Position numbers and translations under genes: made by a program
Notes under the pieces: generated by a model
Databases searched by the model: none
The model's input: only the letters and a program-made list of their open reading frames with translations
What the model was told of the DNA's origin: nothing
From: Crateriforma spongiae
GTDB lineage: Bacteria > Planctomycetota > Planctomycetia > Pirellulales > Pirellulaceae
Direction: 5' to 3'
NCBI RefSeq assembly: GCF_012290005.1
Contig: NZ_JAAXMS010000007.1
Coordinates: 41,991-105,990 of the forward strand
Length of the DNA stretch: 64,000 nucleotides
In this document: positions 10,291-20,339 of the stretch, piece after piece
Position numbering within the stretch: position 1 is the stretch's first letter
Layout of the letters: the number at the start of each line of letters is the position of its first letter

Positions 10291-11412
10291 TCAGCGATGG
10301 GAGGTAGCGATGTGTTCGGTCGCTGCGGCAGACGACGATCCATGACCTCCGCCACCACGTCGGGAGCCACCCTGGGTCAGGTTGTCGTGCATTCCGACAA
10401 CGATCACCGACGTGAAAACCAGGCTGGCGATCAAAAAACCGCCGCCCAGCCATCGGGTGCGTTTGACTTGCCACCACATGAACAAACCCGAGATGCCCCA
10501 AAACACCATCGACACAAACATCGCGTCGACGACCAAAGCCCAGACCCAGCGGATGTCCATCTGCGGGGTGTACATGCGTGCCAAATGCATTCGACGCATC
10601 AGATTCATCGTGTCCATCGATGGGCGCGCGTCTTGCCGGATGGAACTGATCGAATTGTTGCCAAGGTTGTAAGTCACCAAACAGGGAACCCCGTCCGCTT
10701 CGGCCGCAAAGACCAAGTTGGGGGCGCGACGTCCGCCGAAGGCTTCACCCGATGAGAGTCCCAAATGGTCCAGCAGACCGGGAATGGCTTGGCGGACTTC
10801 CTCCATCGGATTATCGGAAAGCTCCGCACGTTGAATCGCCGCCATCGGATTCGGTTTGGCCGCGGGCTTGGAGTCGTCAGCCGCTTGCACCGGAGTGCTG
10901 CGGATTTCGCCAGTGCCGGTCACCGGATTGACGCTGATGTCATGCGTGGCCTCGTCGCTATTGACGGTGTACGTCAGAAAGCCGCTGTAGGCCGGACGCT
11001 TTTCCGCGGACAACATGATTTCCGGGCCACCGTAAAGAAATGATTCCAGATTCATTTCTTCAATCACCGCTTCGGCCAAATCATCGGCCGACGGAAGGAC
11101 AACGCCGGGGCCGTCGGCTTTGGCCGGAACCACCGAAAACTTGGTGACTTCGCCGTCACGGAAATATCGCGGATGGTTAAAGAACCAGCCGCTGAAGCCG
11201 TACAGCAAAACGAATGGAAACATGAAGATTCCACTGTAAAGATGGACGCGCCGCATTCCCATCACGAGCGACTTGCCGATCTTTTGCCCCAGCGTCTTCC
11301 TCTTTGGTGTGCGGCGAGGAGTCTGGTCGGCGTTGTCCTGTGCCTCGGCGACAACGCAATCAACCTTTGGCGAAGTCGACCGAGTCGGTGGGTTATCTAA
11401 AGTCGCTGACAT
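10291..11412 (-). CDS. PepSY-associated TM-helix (PiuB-like) membrane protein
   Basis: MRRVHLYSGIFMFPFVLLYGFSGWFFNHP near the N-terminus and RRMHLARMY...VVDAMFVSMVFWGISGLFMWW near the C-terminus are typical of PepSY-TM proteins. Start trimmed to the ATG at 11412, downstream of the neighbouring gene's stop at 11507. Confidence 0.55.
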   Translation of the reverse strand: MSATLDNPPTRSTSPKVDCVVAEAQDNADQTPRRTPKRKTLGQKIGKSLVMGMRRVHLYSGIFMFPFVLLYGFSGWFFNHPRYFRDGEVTKFSVVPAKADGPGVVLPSADDLAEAVIEEMNLESFLYGGPEIMLSAEKRPAYSGFLTYTVNSDEATHDISVNPVTGTGEIRSTPVQAADDSKPAAKPNPMAAIQRAELSDNPMEEVRQAIPGLLDHLGLSSGEAFGGRRAPNLVFAAEADGVPCLVTYNLGNNSISSIRQDARPSMDTMNLMRRMHLARMYTPQMDIRWVWALVVDAMFVSMVFWGISGLFMWWQVKRTRWLGGGFLIASLVFTSVIVVGMHDNLTQGGSRRGGGGHGSSSAAATEHIATSHR

Positions 11413-11506
11413 GGTTGACTGACGGATTTGTGAAAACGGGATGACTGGAAGAAAACACAACCGATTGGTGGTAAACGGTGTGGAGTAATCGTCACTGTGA
11501 ACCGGG

Positions 11507-12610
11507 CTATTGCGCCGCCACCACTTCACGGCCGTTGCGGGTCCACATCGCTCGATAGGCGTCCAGATCGACATGCTCTGATAACAGCGTGACGCTTCCG
11601 TCACAATTTGCGACCATCACGCCGCCCGGGTGATTGCTGCGTGGGCCTCTCGCGATGAATGCACGTATGCCCAAGTCGGGATATCGGGAATTGGGAGTGT
11701 GCCAGCCATTGATCGCGGCACCACCACTGCCGAACGAAGAGATCCAGACACTGCCGCGGCGTGTGTCCCAGCTGTTGTGAGTGGTGATGAAAGCGTTGGC
11801 TTCTTGGGACATGACTTGATCACGGAAGTTCATCATGTCCGTCACGCTGCGGCCCTGCCCACCAGCGATCAGCGAACGAGAATGGTTCGGATCGACTACG
11901 GTCGGTGCCTCGGTTCCCGGACCCATCAACGTTTCGGCAAACATGATGGTGTTGCTGGTTCCGTCGATCACGTCGCGGAATCCGGTGCGAGCACCGACCC
12001 ATGTGATTCCGTCGGTGGGCTGGCCATAGTCGACGTAACTGTCGGTACCCGAGCCGACGTTGACAAAGTAGTTCACACCCGCAGCATCTATCACGATCGA
12101 TGGGCCACGTCGGGCCGGCTGGACGACTTGCTTGACAACCTCGGTGGTGTCACCTGGGCAATTCAAAAACGGAATCGCAATTTTCGCCGTTTCATCATGC
12201 GGCGAATTGAACCCGTCGGTCGATCGCCCCAACGGAATGCGATAATCGATCAGGTCGGCCACCTGACTCTGTTCGGCATAGGGCAACAGCTGGGCGTGCA
12301 GCGACCAACCATTGTTGATGTTCTGGCCGATCCCGGGAAAACGCTTGAATGCCGAATGATAGTTCTGCATCGCCAAGCCGAGCTGTCGGATGTTGTTCCC
12401 GCAGCTCATCCGCCGCGATGCTTCCCGGGCCGACTGAACCGCGGGCAGAAGCAGGCTGACCAAGATGCCGATGACCGCAATGACCACCAACAGTTCCACC
12501 AAGGTGAATCCAGATCGAGGTGGACGTCCGCCATTGGATTTGGTCAACGGGCGGGCAACAAAAAATAGACGGCGGCGCATCTTGGGTGGTCCTTTCCTGG
12601 CGTAAGACAA
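11507..12610 (-). CDS. DUF1559 / prepilin-type N-terminal cleavage-methylation protein (H-X9-DG family)
   Basis: [34 protein letters not shown] pseudopilin leader and helix. C-terminal [12 protein letters not shown] is H-X9-DG. Alternative start at 12580. Confidence 0.85.
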   Translation of the reverse strand: [367 protein letters not shown]

Positions 12611-12954
12611 CGTTCAAAGCTTCTGCCGACGTCCGAAAAATCGGATCGGCGGCAGCTTGCGCGTCGCTTGCTGGGACCGTTTGCAAGTTGCAGGAGAAAG
12701 AAGCCGGCCCAATCGCGACCGGATCCACCGCAACCCCCATACTCCACTGGCTGGCTAGCGTCTGACCAAATTCTTGATAATAGTTCTCAATAGCACAATG
12801 CTTAAACGCAGGAAACGATGCAAGAAATTTCAGCAGCGAAAAGCACGTTTTTTGCCGGTCCAACCCGAGCGTTTTGCGGTACGTTCCGGCGTGGGGACGC
12901 AAAGGCTGCATTCCGCGCCGGCCCTCAGGCTCTGCTGGGAACTCGGCTGGCACG

Positions 12955-14481
12955 CTATCGGGCCCACGCCGGCGTGCCGAACCAGTCGTGCATTTCTTTC
13001 TCGAACGGTGCGACGACGTCGCGTGGTTCGGCGATCCAGCCCCGGTCCCCCGTTTCGGTCATCCATATCTGCAAGGCGGTCCGCATGCGAATCAGCGTTT
13101 CGCGATGCTCGGCGATGTCTGATTCGGCCAGATTGTTGATCTCATGGGGGTCGGCTTGTGTGTCATACAACGACTCGGCCGGCATCGGTTTCATCAGTTC
13201 TGCTGCGGGGCCGATCAACAGACCCTGTTGATGCAGGTCACGCATCAGTGGCTTGACCAAGAAGCATTTTTCTTTGTAGCGATTCAGTGTTGCGAACCCC
13301 GTTCCCGGGGTCAGGTTGCGGATGTAGTGATACCGTCCGTCGTGAACGCTGCGTTGCGTGATCTCGGTTTCATCAATTCGGTCTCGCGCACTGAACGCAT
13401 AGCGACGTTCCGGTTGGTCGATCGAGCCAAACAGTGGACGGCCCTGCATGACGATGGGTGGTTTGATGCCGGCGATGGACAGCGTGGTCGCCGTCAGGTC
13501 GATCAAGCTGACCACTTCGTCGCGTTGTTGTCCTGCTGCAAATCCAATCGGGGGCTCGTGGTTGGCCGCCCATTGGATGACCAGCGGGACTCGGATACCC
13601 GAGTCCCAGACCCAGTGGATGCCCCGGGCTTCCAATCGACCGTTGTCGCCAAAGAAAATCACGACCGTGTCATCTTCCATGCCATCGGTCCGCAAGCGAT
13701 CCAAGATCTTCCCGATACGAATGTCTGCACCGGAGACGCTGTTCAGGTAGCGGGCCCATTCTTGACGGACGACGGGATGATCTGGGTAATAGGGAGGCGG
13801 GCTGACATTCTGCTCGGTTGCGACTTTCGGATGCCACTGTTCACCGACCCAGACGACGCGATCCTTTTCGGCTGATCGACGATCGTAGATGTCGTATTCG
13901 GCCTCGGGCAAATTGATCATCGCGAAGAACGGTTGATGCGACTTCAGCGTGTCCCAATTTTCGGTGTGATACAGCGGGCCTTCTGCGGTGAAATTCAAAT
14001 CCAGTTTGCCGGTGCCGACCACGGCATCACCGATGTTGGTGATATTCGCGGTGTAGTAACCCGCATCGCTTAATCGATGGGTGATCGGCCGGACGCCTTC
14101 GGGCAATCGAAATCCGTCGTCGCGATGCGACCGCATGTGATGGGTGTCCGTGGTCGTTTGGTACATCCCGGTCATGAACGCACTGCGACTGGGGGCACAG
14201 ACCGGTGACGTGGAAAACGCATTGACATAGCGGACTCCCCTGTCGGCCATTGCGTCGACGTTCGGTGTTTGGACGTTCTTGGCGCCGTAGCACTGGAAAT
14301 CCAAACCAAAGTTTTCGCCCACGATCCACAGGATGTTGGGTCTTCGCTGTGGCATTTCGGCACACAACGGTTGCCCTGCCCCGCCCAGGCAAAGCCACCA
14401 GAGACCCGCTGCCGCGGCACATGGCAAAATCAATCGATGGTTCCGGTGACGGGTGACTGGGTTCACGGTGGGCTCCGGCAA
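12955..14481 (-). CDS. Cys-type sulfatase (arylsulfatase A family)
   Basis: PNILWIVGENFG and the formylglycine signature CAPSRSAFMTG (C-x-P-x-R). Signal peptide present. Confidence 0.9.
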   Translation of the reverse strand: MPEPTVNPVTRHRNHRLILPCAAAAGLWWLCLGGAGQPLCAEMPQRRPNILWIVGENFGLDFQCYGAKNVQTPNVDAMADRGVRYVNAFSTSPVCAPSRSAFMTGMYQTTTDTHHMRSHRDDGFRLPEGVRPITHRLSDAGYYTANITNIGDAVVGTGKLDLNFTAEGPLYHTENWDTLKSHQPFFAMINLPEAEYDIYDRRSAEKDRVVWVGEQWHPKVATEQNVSPPPYYPDHPVVRQEWARYLNSVSGADIRIGKILDRLRTDGMEDDTVVIFFGDNGRLEARGIHWVWDSGIRVPLVIQWAANHEPPIGFAAGQQRDEVVSLIDLTATTLSIAGIKPPIVMQGRPLFGSIDQPERRYAFSARDRIDETEITQRSVHDGRYHYIRNLTPGTGFATLNRYKEKCFLVKPLMRDLHQQGLLIGPAAELMKPMPAESLYDTQADPHEINNLAESDIAEHRETLIRMRTALQIWMTETGDRGWIAEPRDVVAPFEKEMHDWFGTPAWAR

Positions 14482-14647
14482 CGTGGTGGCATAGAAAACG
14501 AAACAAGCGGCACGGTTTGTTTTACAATGACCGGCATCACCGTGTGGCTGTCGTTGGCGAACGTTCGCCTGCCGATTCGCACCGTTGACCCGCCCAATCC
14601 CACCGGATTAATTCTTTCCCGCCCCCTTTTTTGCGTTCTGGCCCGCC

Positions 14648-16147
14648 ATGAAAAACGATTCGTCCCACCTGAGTACCAATCGCCGTCAATTCACCAAGAC
14701 ATCCGCCGGCTTGTTGGCCGCGGGAACCGCCGCACTGGCGTTTCCCAGACGTGCAATGGCCGATGCAAATTCAAAGATGCGGATCGGTTTCGTGGGTGTC
14801 GGAGGTCGTGGTTTCGGAGCCCATGTCAAAAGCTTGACGAAGCTGGCAAAAGAAGGCGCACCGATCGAATTGGTTGCCGTTTGCGACGTCTACAACGTCA
14901 ACCGTGAAAAGGCTGCGAAATACATTCAGTCCAACTTGGGCAACGAACCGGCCCAGCACGTCGATTTTCGCGACATGTACGCTAAGGAAAACTTGGACGC
15001 CGTCTGCATCGGTACGCCGGATCACTGGCATGCCAAGCAAGCGATCGAAGCCATGCAGGCGGGCATCAATGTGTACTGTGAAAAACCGATGGTCAAAAAG
15101 GTTGAAGAAGCCATCGACTTGGTCAAGGTTTGGCGAAAGACCGGCGTCGTCATGCAAGTCGGTGTCCAGTCGACCAGCTTACCCGTTTGGGATCACGCCA
15201 ATCGATTGATCCGTGCCGGCCAGCTTGGCAAGGTTTTGATGTATCAGACCGAATACTTCCGCAACTCGGATCTCGGTCAGTGGCGGTACTATGAATTGAC
15301 CAAGGAAATGAATCCCAGCAATATCGACTGGCGACGGTTCCTGGGGGTGGACGATGGCTTGTCCGAAGAAGTGCCATTTGACCGCGCGGTTTATCGCCAA
15401 TGGCGTCGATTCTGGCCATTCGGCAGCGGCATGTTCACCGATCTGTTCGTTCACCGAACGACGACGATGTTGAAGGCGACCGGGCTGCGATATCCGGCGC
15501 GTGTGACTGGTTCGGGCGGGATCTATCTGGAATATGACGGCCGCGACGTTCCCGACGTGTCAACGGTCGTGGCGGAATTTAACGAGGGCGTTCAAGGCTT
15601 GGTCACTGCGACCATGGCGTCATCAGAAACGCCGATCAAGCAAGTCATTCGCGGTCACCATGGATCGTTCGTGTTTGGCAACCAAGAAGACTTTGACCAG
15701 TTCACGTTTGTCCCCGAACGACCTCAGGTGACGCACATCAGTCCCAAGGAAGTTCCCTATGAACCGCAGATCATTCGTCCCGATCAGCGGATGCCGGAAA
15801 ACAAGAATCACGCTCACTTTCAAAACTGGATCGATGCGATGGTCGCGAACGATCCCCAACTGTGCAACAACACGCCGGACTTGGGTGCCGCCGCAATTGT
15901 GATCGTCAACTTGGGGGCACGCAGCTATCGCCAAGGCAAGGTGTACCGCTTTGACGGCGATGAAATGGCGGTTTCCGAAGCCGATGGTTCATGGGCCAAG
16001 CGTTGGGAAGACCGGTCGCACCAACGTGGCAAGCCCGAGCATGTTCCGGGCTGGGAAGCCGGCGACACGGGATCCAAGATCTTTGATCCGGATTACCAAA
16101 AGCTGGAAGGCCCTTGGGTCGACGGCAAAGACCCGGCCGGCGCTTGA
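14648..16147 (+). CDS. Gfo/Idh/MocA-family oxidoreductase with Tat signal
   Basis: Twin-arginine leader NRRQFTKTSAGLLAAGTAALAFP. Rossmann motif RIGFVGVGGRG. GTPDHWHA motif. Confidence 0.85.
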   Translation: MKNDSSHLSTNRRQFTKTSAGLLAAGTAALAFPRRAMADANSKMRIGFVGVGGRGFGAHVKSLTKLAKEGAPIELVAVCDVYNVNREKAAKYIQSNLGNEPAQHVDFRDMYAKENLDAVCIGTPDHWHAKQAIEAMQAGINVYCEKPMVKKVEEAIDLVKVWRKTGVVMQVGVQSTSLPVWDHANRLIRAGQLGKVLMYQTEYFRNSDLGQWRYYELTKEMNPSNIDWRRFLGVDDGLSEEVPFDRAVYRQWRRFWPFGSGMFTDLFVHRTTTMLKATGLRYPARVTGSGGIYLEYDGRDVPDVSTVVAEFNEGVQGLVTATMASSETPIKQVIRGHHGSFVFGNQEDFDQFTFVPERPQVTHISPKEVPYEPQIIRPDQRMPENKNHAHFQNWIDAMVANDPQLCNNTPDLGAAAIVIVNLGARSYRQGKVYRFDGDEMAVSEADGSWAKRWEDRSHQRGKPEHVPGWEAGDTGSKIFDPDYQKLEGPWVDGKDPAGA

Positions 16148-16175
16148 TCGAGATTCGCCGACTCTCAAATCGTTT

Positions 16176-16204
16176 CCATCGCGACGAAATCATCGTCGCG
16201 ATGG
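16176..16204. terminator. Perfect 12-bp GC-rich hairpin between convergent genes (putative bidirectional terminator, no U-tract)
   Basis: ccatcgcgacga-aatca-tcgtcgcgatgg. The arms are exact reverse complements. It sits between the stop at 16147 (+) and the stop at 16259 (-). Confidence 0.45.
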
Positions 16205-16258
16205 CCAGCGGATCGACGGTCCGGTGGACCAAGTCCTAATGTCAGTGCACCGAGGATA

Positions 16259-17611
16259 CTACCCTTGATGCGGGTGCTGCCAAGGTTCGCGGTAAGCACG
16301 TGCCAGCCGCGCGGTCGCTTCATCATCCCCAACGATGGTGTGCGTCGCGGGGTCAAATTCCAGCGTGCGTCCCAGTTCCATCGCCTCGTTTGCCATGATG
16401 CACGACGCACTGCTGATGTGGCCTTGTTCAATATCGGCCACCGGACGACTGCGATCGTCGATGCAGTCAAGGAAATTCTGCATGTGTCCGCGAATCGCCG
16501 AAGCGACATGTAATTCCAAACGCCACTTTTCTTTGTCCGTCAGGTCGGTCGGATACTTGTCGGTTTCGATCAGCGGTTCACCGTGCAAGCGTTCGCCGCC
16601 CTGACGTGGAATGAAGTCGTATTTGTGCACGCTAAGTTTCAGCGTGCCCTTGGTGCCATAGATAATGGCGGCCCAGGGATACTCCGGATCGGGCGGTGAT
16701 CCCCAAGTCCGATGTGTCCACACGACATCCAGCCCGTCAAAGTCGAAGGTGGCGGTTTGGGTGTCCGAGATGTTCGCCTTTGATTCGGTATCCACCAGGA
16801 TTCCACCGGTGCTGCTGATGCGTTTGGGCCACCCCAAGTCCAATTGCCAGCGAACCAAATCCAGCATGTGCACACACATGTCGCCAACAATGCCGTTGCC
16901 GTATTCCATGAATGCCCGCCAACGTCTGGGATGCACCCATTCGTTGTACGGGCGCATCGGGGCCGGCCCGGTCCACATGTCGTAATCCAGGTTCGCCGGC
17001 GGCTGTTGGTCCGGCGGATTGCCTTTGGCACGCATGTGGTAATAACAGCAAACTTCGGCATAGGCGACGTCACCCAACAGCCCCGCATCGATCACCTTTT
17101 GTTTGGCTTCGATCAGGTGTGGCGTGCTACGTCGTTGCGTCCCCACCTGAACGACACGGTCGTGCTTTCGCGCGGCATCCAGCATCGCCTTACTTTCCAT
17201 CACGTCGACGCCCGTGGGTTTTTGGACGTACACGTCGGCACCGGATTCGACCGCGGCGATCATGGGCAATGCATGCCAATGATCCGGCGTGCCGATGATG
17301 ACGATGTCGTGTTGGTGATTGGCCAACTGCTTGCGGAAATCGCCATAGGTTTTCGGACGATTGCCCGAGGCTTGGCGTTTGGCAAACAGGTCCGCCGCTT
17401 CCTCGCGCATCTGCGAATCGACGTCACAGACCGAAACGATCTCCACCGGTGCAATGTTCAGCAACTGCAACGTGTCACATTTGCCGTACCAGCCCGATCC
17501 GATCAGCCCGACTTTGCGTGGCGAATCATTTCCGGCCGCATGGGCCGACCGAGCAATGGCCGCGGTGGTTGCCGCGGTCGCAGATCCGCGCAGAAACTGA
17601 CGACGATCCAT
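16259..17611 (-). CDS. Gfo/Idh/MocA-family oxidoreductase with Tat signal
   Basis: MDRRQFLRGSATAATTAAIARSAHA leader. KVGLIGSGWYG Rossmann motif. GTPDHWHA motif. Confidence 0.85.
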   Translation of the reverse strand: MDRRQFLRGSATAATTAAIARSAHAAGNDSPRKVGLIGSGWYGKCDTLQLLNIAPVEIVSVCDVDSQMREEAADLFAKRQASGNRPKTYGDFRKQLANHQHDIVIIGTPDHWHALPMIAAVESGADVYVQKPTGVDVMESKAMLDAARKHDRVVQVGTQRRSTPHLIEAKQKVIDAGLLGDVAYAEVCCYYHMRAKGNPPDQQPPANLDYDMWTGPAPMRPYNEWVHPRRWRAFMEYGNGIVGDMCVHMLDLVRWQLDLGWPKRISSTGGILVDTESKANISDTQTATFDFDGLDVVWTHRTWGSPPDPEYPWAAIIYGTKGTLKLSVHKYDFIPRQGGERLHGEPLIETDKYPTDLTDKEKWRLELHVASAIRGHMQNFLDCIDDRSRPVADIEQGHISSASCIMANEAMELGRTLEFDPATHTIVGDDEATARLARAYREPWQHPHQG

Positions 17612-17667
17612 AAATCAAACCTGACGTGATGGGGAAACGAGCAATACGGTAAGAAAACAACCGGTCG

Positions 17668-18570
17668 CTAGACGACGCACTGTCGAACGGCGTCGGTCAG
17701 TCCGGCAAGCGGATCGCCGGCGGGGATGAATTCATGGGCAAAGTAGCCGTCGAAGCCGGTTTCAGCGATCGCCTGGGCGATCGGCGGGTAATACAGTTCT
17801 TGAGTGGCGTCCAGTTCGTGGCGTCCCGGATTGCCGCCGGTGTGGTAGTGGCCAAACGCGTCATGGTTTTCGCGGATGGTCCGGATGATGTCGCCTTCCA
17901 TGATTTGCATGTGATAGATGTCGTAAAGCAACTTGAAATTGTCACTGCCGACGCGTTTGACCAGTTCGACGCCCCAGGTGCTGTTGTCACACATGTAATC
18001 GGGGTGATTGACTTTGCTGTTCAGCAATTCCATGTTCAGGATGACGTTGTGTTTTTCCGCCACTGGGGTGATCTTCTTTAGGGCATCCACACAGTTCTTC
18101 ATGCCGGTTTCGCGATCGATACCCCGTGCGTTGCCGCTGAAACAGATCACGTTGCGCCAGCCTTCCTTTGCAGTCGCTTCGATCGCCGCGTTCATCTTTT
18201 CCAACGCTTCGTCGTGATACTTCGTATCGCACAGGCCTTTGCCCAGGGAGTGTGAACTGACCATCGTGCAGATCAATCCGTGCTTTTTCAGCGTGGGGAA
18301 ATCCTTCGGTCCCAGCAGGTCGATTCCGACCAATCCAAGGTTGGCGGCTGCGGCAGCCATTTCCTCCAGCGAAAACATCTTGTAACACCATTTGCACACC
18401 GATTGGTTCAGCCGGCCTTGCTTGGCATCGACATTCTCGGTCGCCGTGGCGGGCTTCTCATCGGCCGATGTGACACTGGTGGTCGCGGCAAGGCCGGCGG
18501 CGGCACCGCCCACCGTTCCGGCGATGGCTTGGCGGCGTGAAAGGACGTTGTTTTGATCGGGGTGGGACAT
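17668..18570 (-). CDS. Sugar phosphate isomerase/epimerase (xylose-isomerase-like TIM barrel; hydroxypyruvate-isomerase-like) with Tat signal
   Basis: SRRQAIAGTVGGAAAGLAATTSV leader. VILNMELLNSKVNHPDYMCD, DIYHMQIMEGD and HYHTGGNPGRHE match the AP-endonuclease-2/Hyi-type TIM-barrel pattern. Start trimmed to the ATG at 18570 (alternative 18600). Confidence 0.75.
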   Translation of the reverse strand: MSHPDQNNVLSRRQAIAGTVGGAAAGLAATTSVTSADEKPATATENVDAKQGRLNQSVCKWCYKMFSLEEMAAAAANLGLVGIDLLGPKDFPTLKKHGLICTMVSSHSLGKGLCDTKYHDEALEKMNAAIEATAKEGWRNVICFSGNARGIDRETGMKNCVDALKKITPVAEKHNVILNMELLNSKVNHPDYMCDNSTWGVELVKRVGSDNFKLLYDIYHMQIMEGDIIRTIRENHDAFGHYHTGGNPGRHELDATQELYYPPIAQAIAETGFDGYFAHEFIPAGDPLAGLTDAVRQCVV

Positions 18571-18851
18571 CAGCGGGCTTTCATTGAAATCGCGGGCCAT
18601 GCGTCGGGGGGACGCCACGGCACTGCGAACGTGCGGGAAATCAGCCCGCATTGTCTTCGCCCAACGGGCGGAAAGCAAGTTTATGCGGCCTGTCCCAGAT
18701 TGCCGCGTCTGACGCGCCGACGGAATTCGCTTTGCACCCGAATCGAACTTGTCGGGGCGTCATGGCGATGTGCTGTCTCTCGACGCGATACGATTGTGGG
18801 CACATCGCTTTGACGAAATCGTCTGCCGGCCGACCATGAAACGGAGTCCCA

Positions 18852-20297
18852 ATGCAATCGTATCAAGCCGCATGTCGAATGATGACGTGGATGGTGCTGG
18901 TCGTTGGGTGCACGCCTGCGACCTTGGCGACGGGCAACAACACAGCGAATCCCGACGTTTTGGTAATCGTTGTCGATGACATGAACGACTGGGTTTCCCT
19001 GTTGGATCCCAACGCCCCCATCAAAACTCCTCATTTGAAACGTTTGGCAAAGCGGGGCGTGTCGTTCACGCGAGCCTACTGTGTTTCGCCGGCCTGCAAT
19101 CCATCACGGGCCGCGACTTGGACTGGACTGCGACCGTCAACCACCGGTGTGTACGGCAACAAGAGCGATTGGCGGCAAGCGGTTCCCAGTCGTCGGACGA
19201 TCATGCAGCAGTTCATGGCCGCCGGTTATGACGTACGTGGTGCGGGGAAAGTGTTTCATCATCATTTGGACGGAGCCTTTCACGATGGTGCTTCGTTCCA
19301 TGACTTCCAGCCGATGCGTCCGCAGTCGTATCCACGCGAAAAGCGGAACCAAGCGGATGAATACGGATCTCGGAACACCGATTGGGGGCCGTGGCCACCA
19401 CGTGAATCCGATGCGATCGATGTTCACACGGCTGACTATTGCATCGATGCGTTGCGTCAGCCTTCCGATGGAGGGCCACAGTTTCTGGTCTGCGGAATCT
19501 TCAAGCCGCATTCACCCTTCTTTGCTCCCGCGGAGTATTTTCCGGCTTACGATAACATCGGCCTTCCTGTCCGCGATCCCAACGATTGGAACGATCTTCC
19601 AGACGGTGCCCATTCGTTGTTGCAACAGAAAGCGTGGTTCTGGCGGGGCATGATGGACCTGGAACGTCGTGCGAAAGGTTCCTATCACGACTTCGTCCAG
19701 GCCTACGCAGCATGTGCTAGTTTTGCCGATGCGCAAATTGGCCGAGTCTTGGATGCACTGGATCAAAGTCCCCGCCGCAACAACACGATTGTGGTGCTAT
19801 GGTCCGATCACGGTTTCCATCTGGGCGAAAAGGACCACATCGAGAAGTTTGCGCTGTGGGAAAAGGCGACGCACATTCCCTTCATCGTGGTGGCCCCAGG
19901 AGTGGCGGTTCCCGGTGGGCGTTGTGATCGTCCGGTTGACATGACCGTGTTGTATCCGACCTTGCTTGAACTTTGTGGTTTGCCTGTCGATGCGCGGTGT
20001 GATGGAAACAGTGTGGTTCCTTTGTTGCGGGATCCTCAGGCCCGATGGGTTCGTCCGGCGTTGATGACGTACCTGCCCGGGAATCATGCCGTCCGAAGTC
20101 AGCGTTGGCGTTACATCCGATACGCCGATGGCAGCGAAGAACTTTATGACCACAACGCCGATCCAGACGAGTGGATAAATCTGGCCGGCGAACATCGCTA
20201 TGCACCCGTGATCAAATCACATCGACGGTGGATTCCAGAATCCGAAGCCAAACCGGTCGTTGATTTACAACGCGCCGGTAAGAAAGCCGGGCAATGA
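18852..20297 (+). CDS. Cys-type sulfatase
   Basis: VLVIVVDDMNDW and CNPSRAATWTG (C-x-P-x-R). WSDHGFHLGEK conserved region. Confidence 0.9.
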   Translation: MQSYQAACRMMTWMVLVVGCTPATLATGNNTANPDVLVIVVDDMNDWVSLLDPNAPIKTPHLKRLAKRGVSFTRAYCVSPACNPSRAATWTGLRPSTTGVYGNKSDWRQAVPSRRTIMQQFMAAGYDVRGAGKVFHHHLDGAFHDGASFHDFQPMRPQSYPREKRNQADEYGSRNTDWGPWPPRESDAIDVHTADYCIDALRQPSDGGPQFLVCGIFKPHSPFFAPAEYFPAYDNIGLPVRDPNDWNDLPDGAHSLLQQKAWFWRGMMDLERRAKGSYHDFVQAYAACASFADAQIGRVLDALDQSPRRNNTIVVLWSDHGFHLGEKDHIEKFALWEKATHIPFIVVAPGVAVPGGRCDRPVDMTVLYPTLLELCGLPVDARCDGNSVVPLLRDPQARWVRPALMTYLPGNHAVRSQRWRYIRYADGSEELYDHNADPDEWINLAGEHRYAPVIKSHRRWIPESEAKPVVDLQRAGKKAGQ

Positions 20298-20339
20298 CCA
20301 TCAATCTGTACCAGGCTCGGACCATCATAAGATCCAATC

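Noticed and set aside
12777-12805. Sigma-70-like hexamers (minus strand TTAAGC-17 nt-TATTAT) in the AT-rich patch upstream of the DUF1559 gene
   Set aside because: Only 3 of 6 positions match at -35. The planctomycete promoter consensus is uncertain, and the site lies ~170-200 nt from the start codon. I cannot support it from sequence alone, so it is not listed as a feature.
12195-12953. 252-aa minus-strand ORF overlapping the DUF1559 5' end and the upstream intergenic region
   Set aside because: It is in a different frame from the well-supported DUF1559 gene, and I recognised no motifs.
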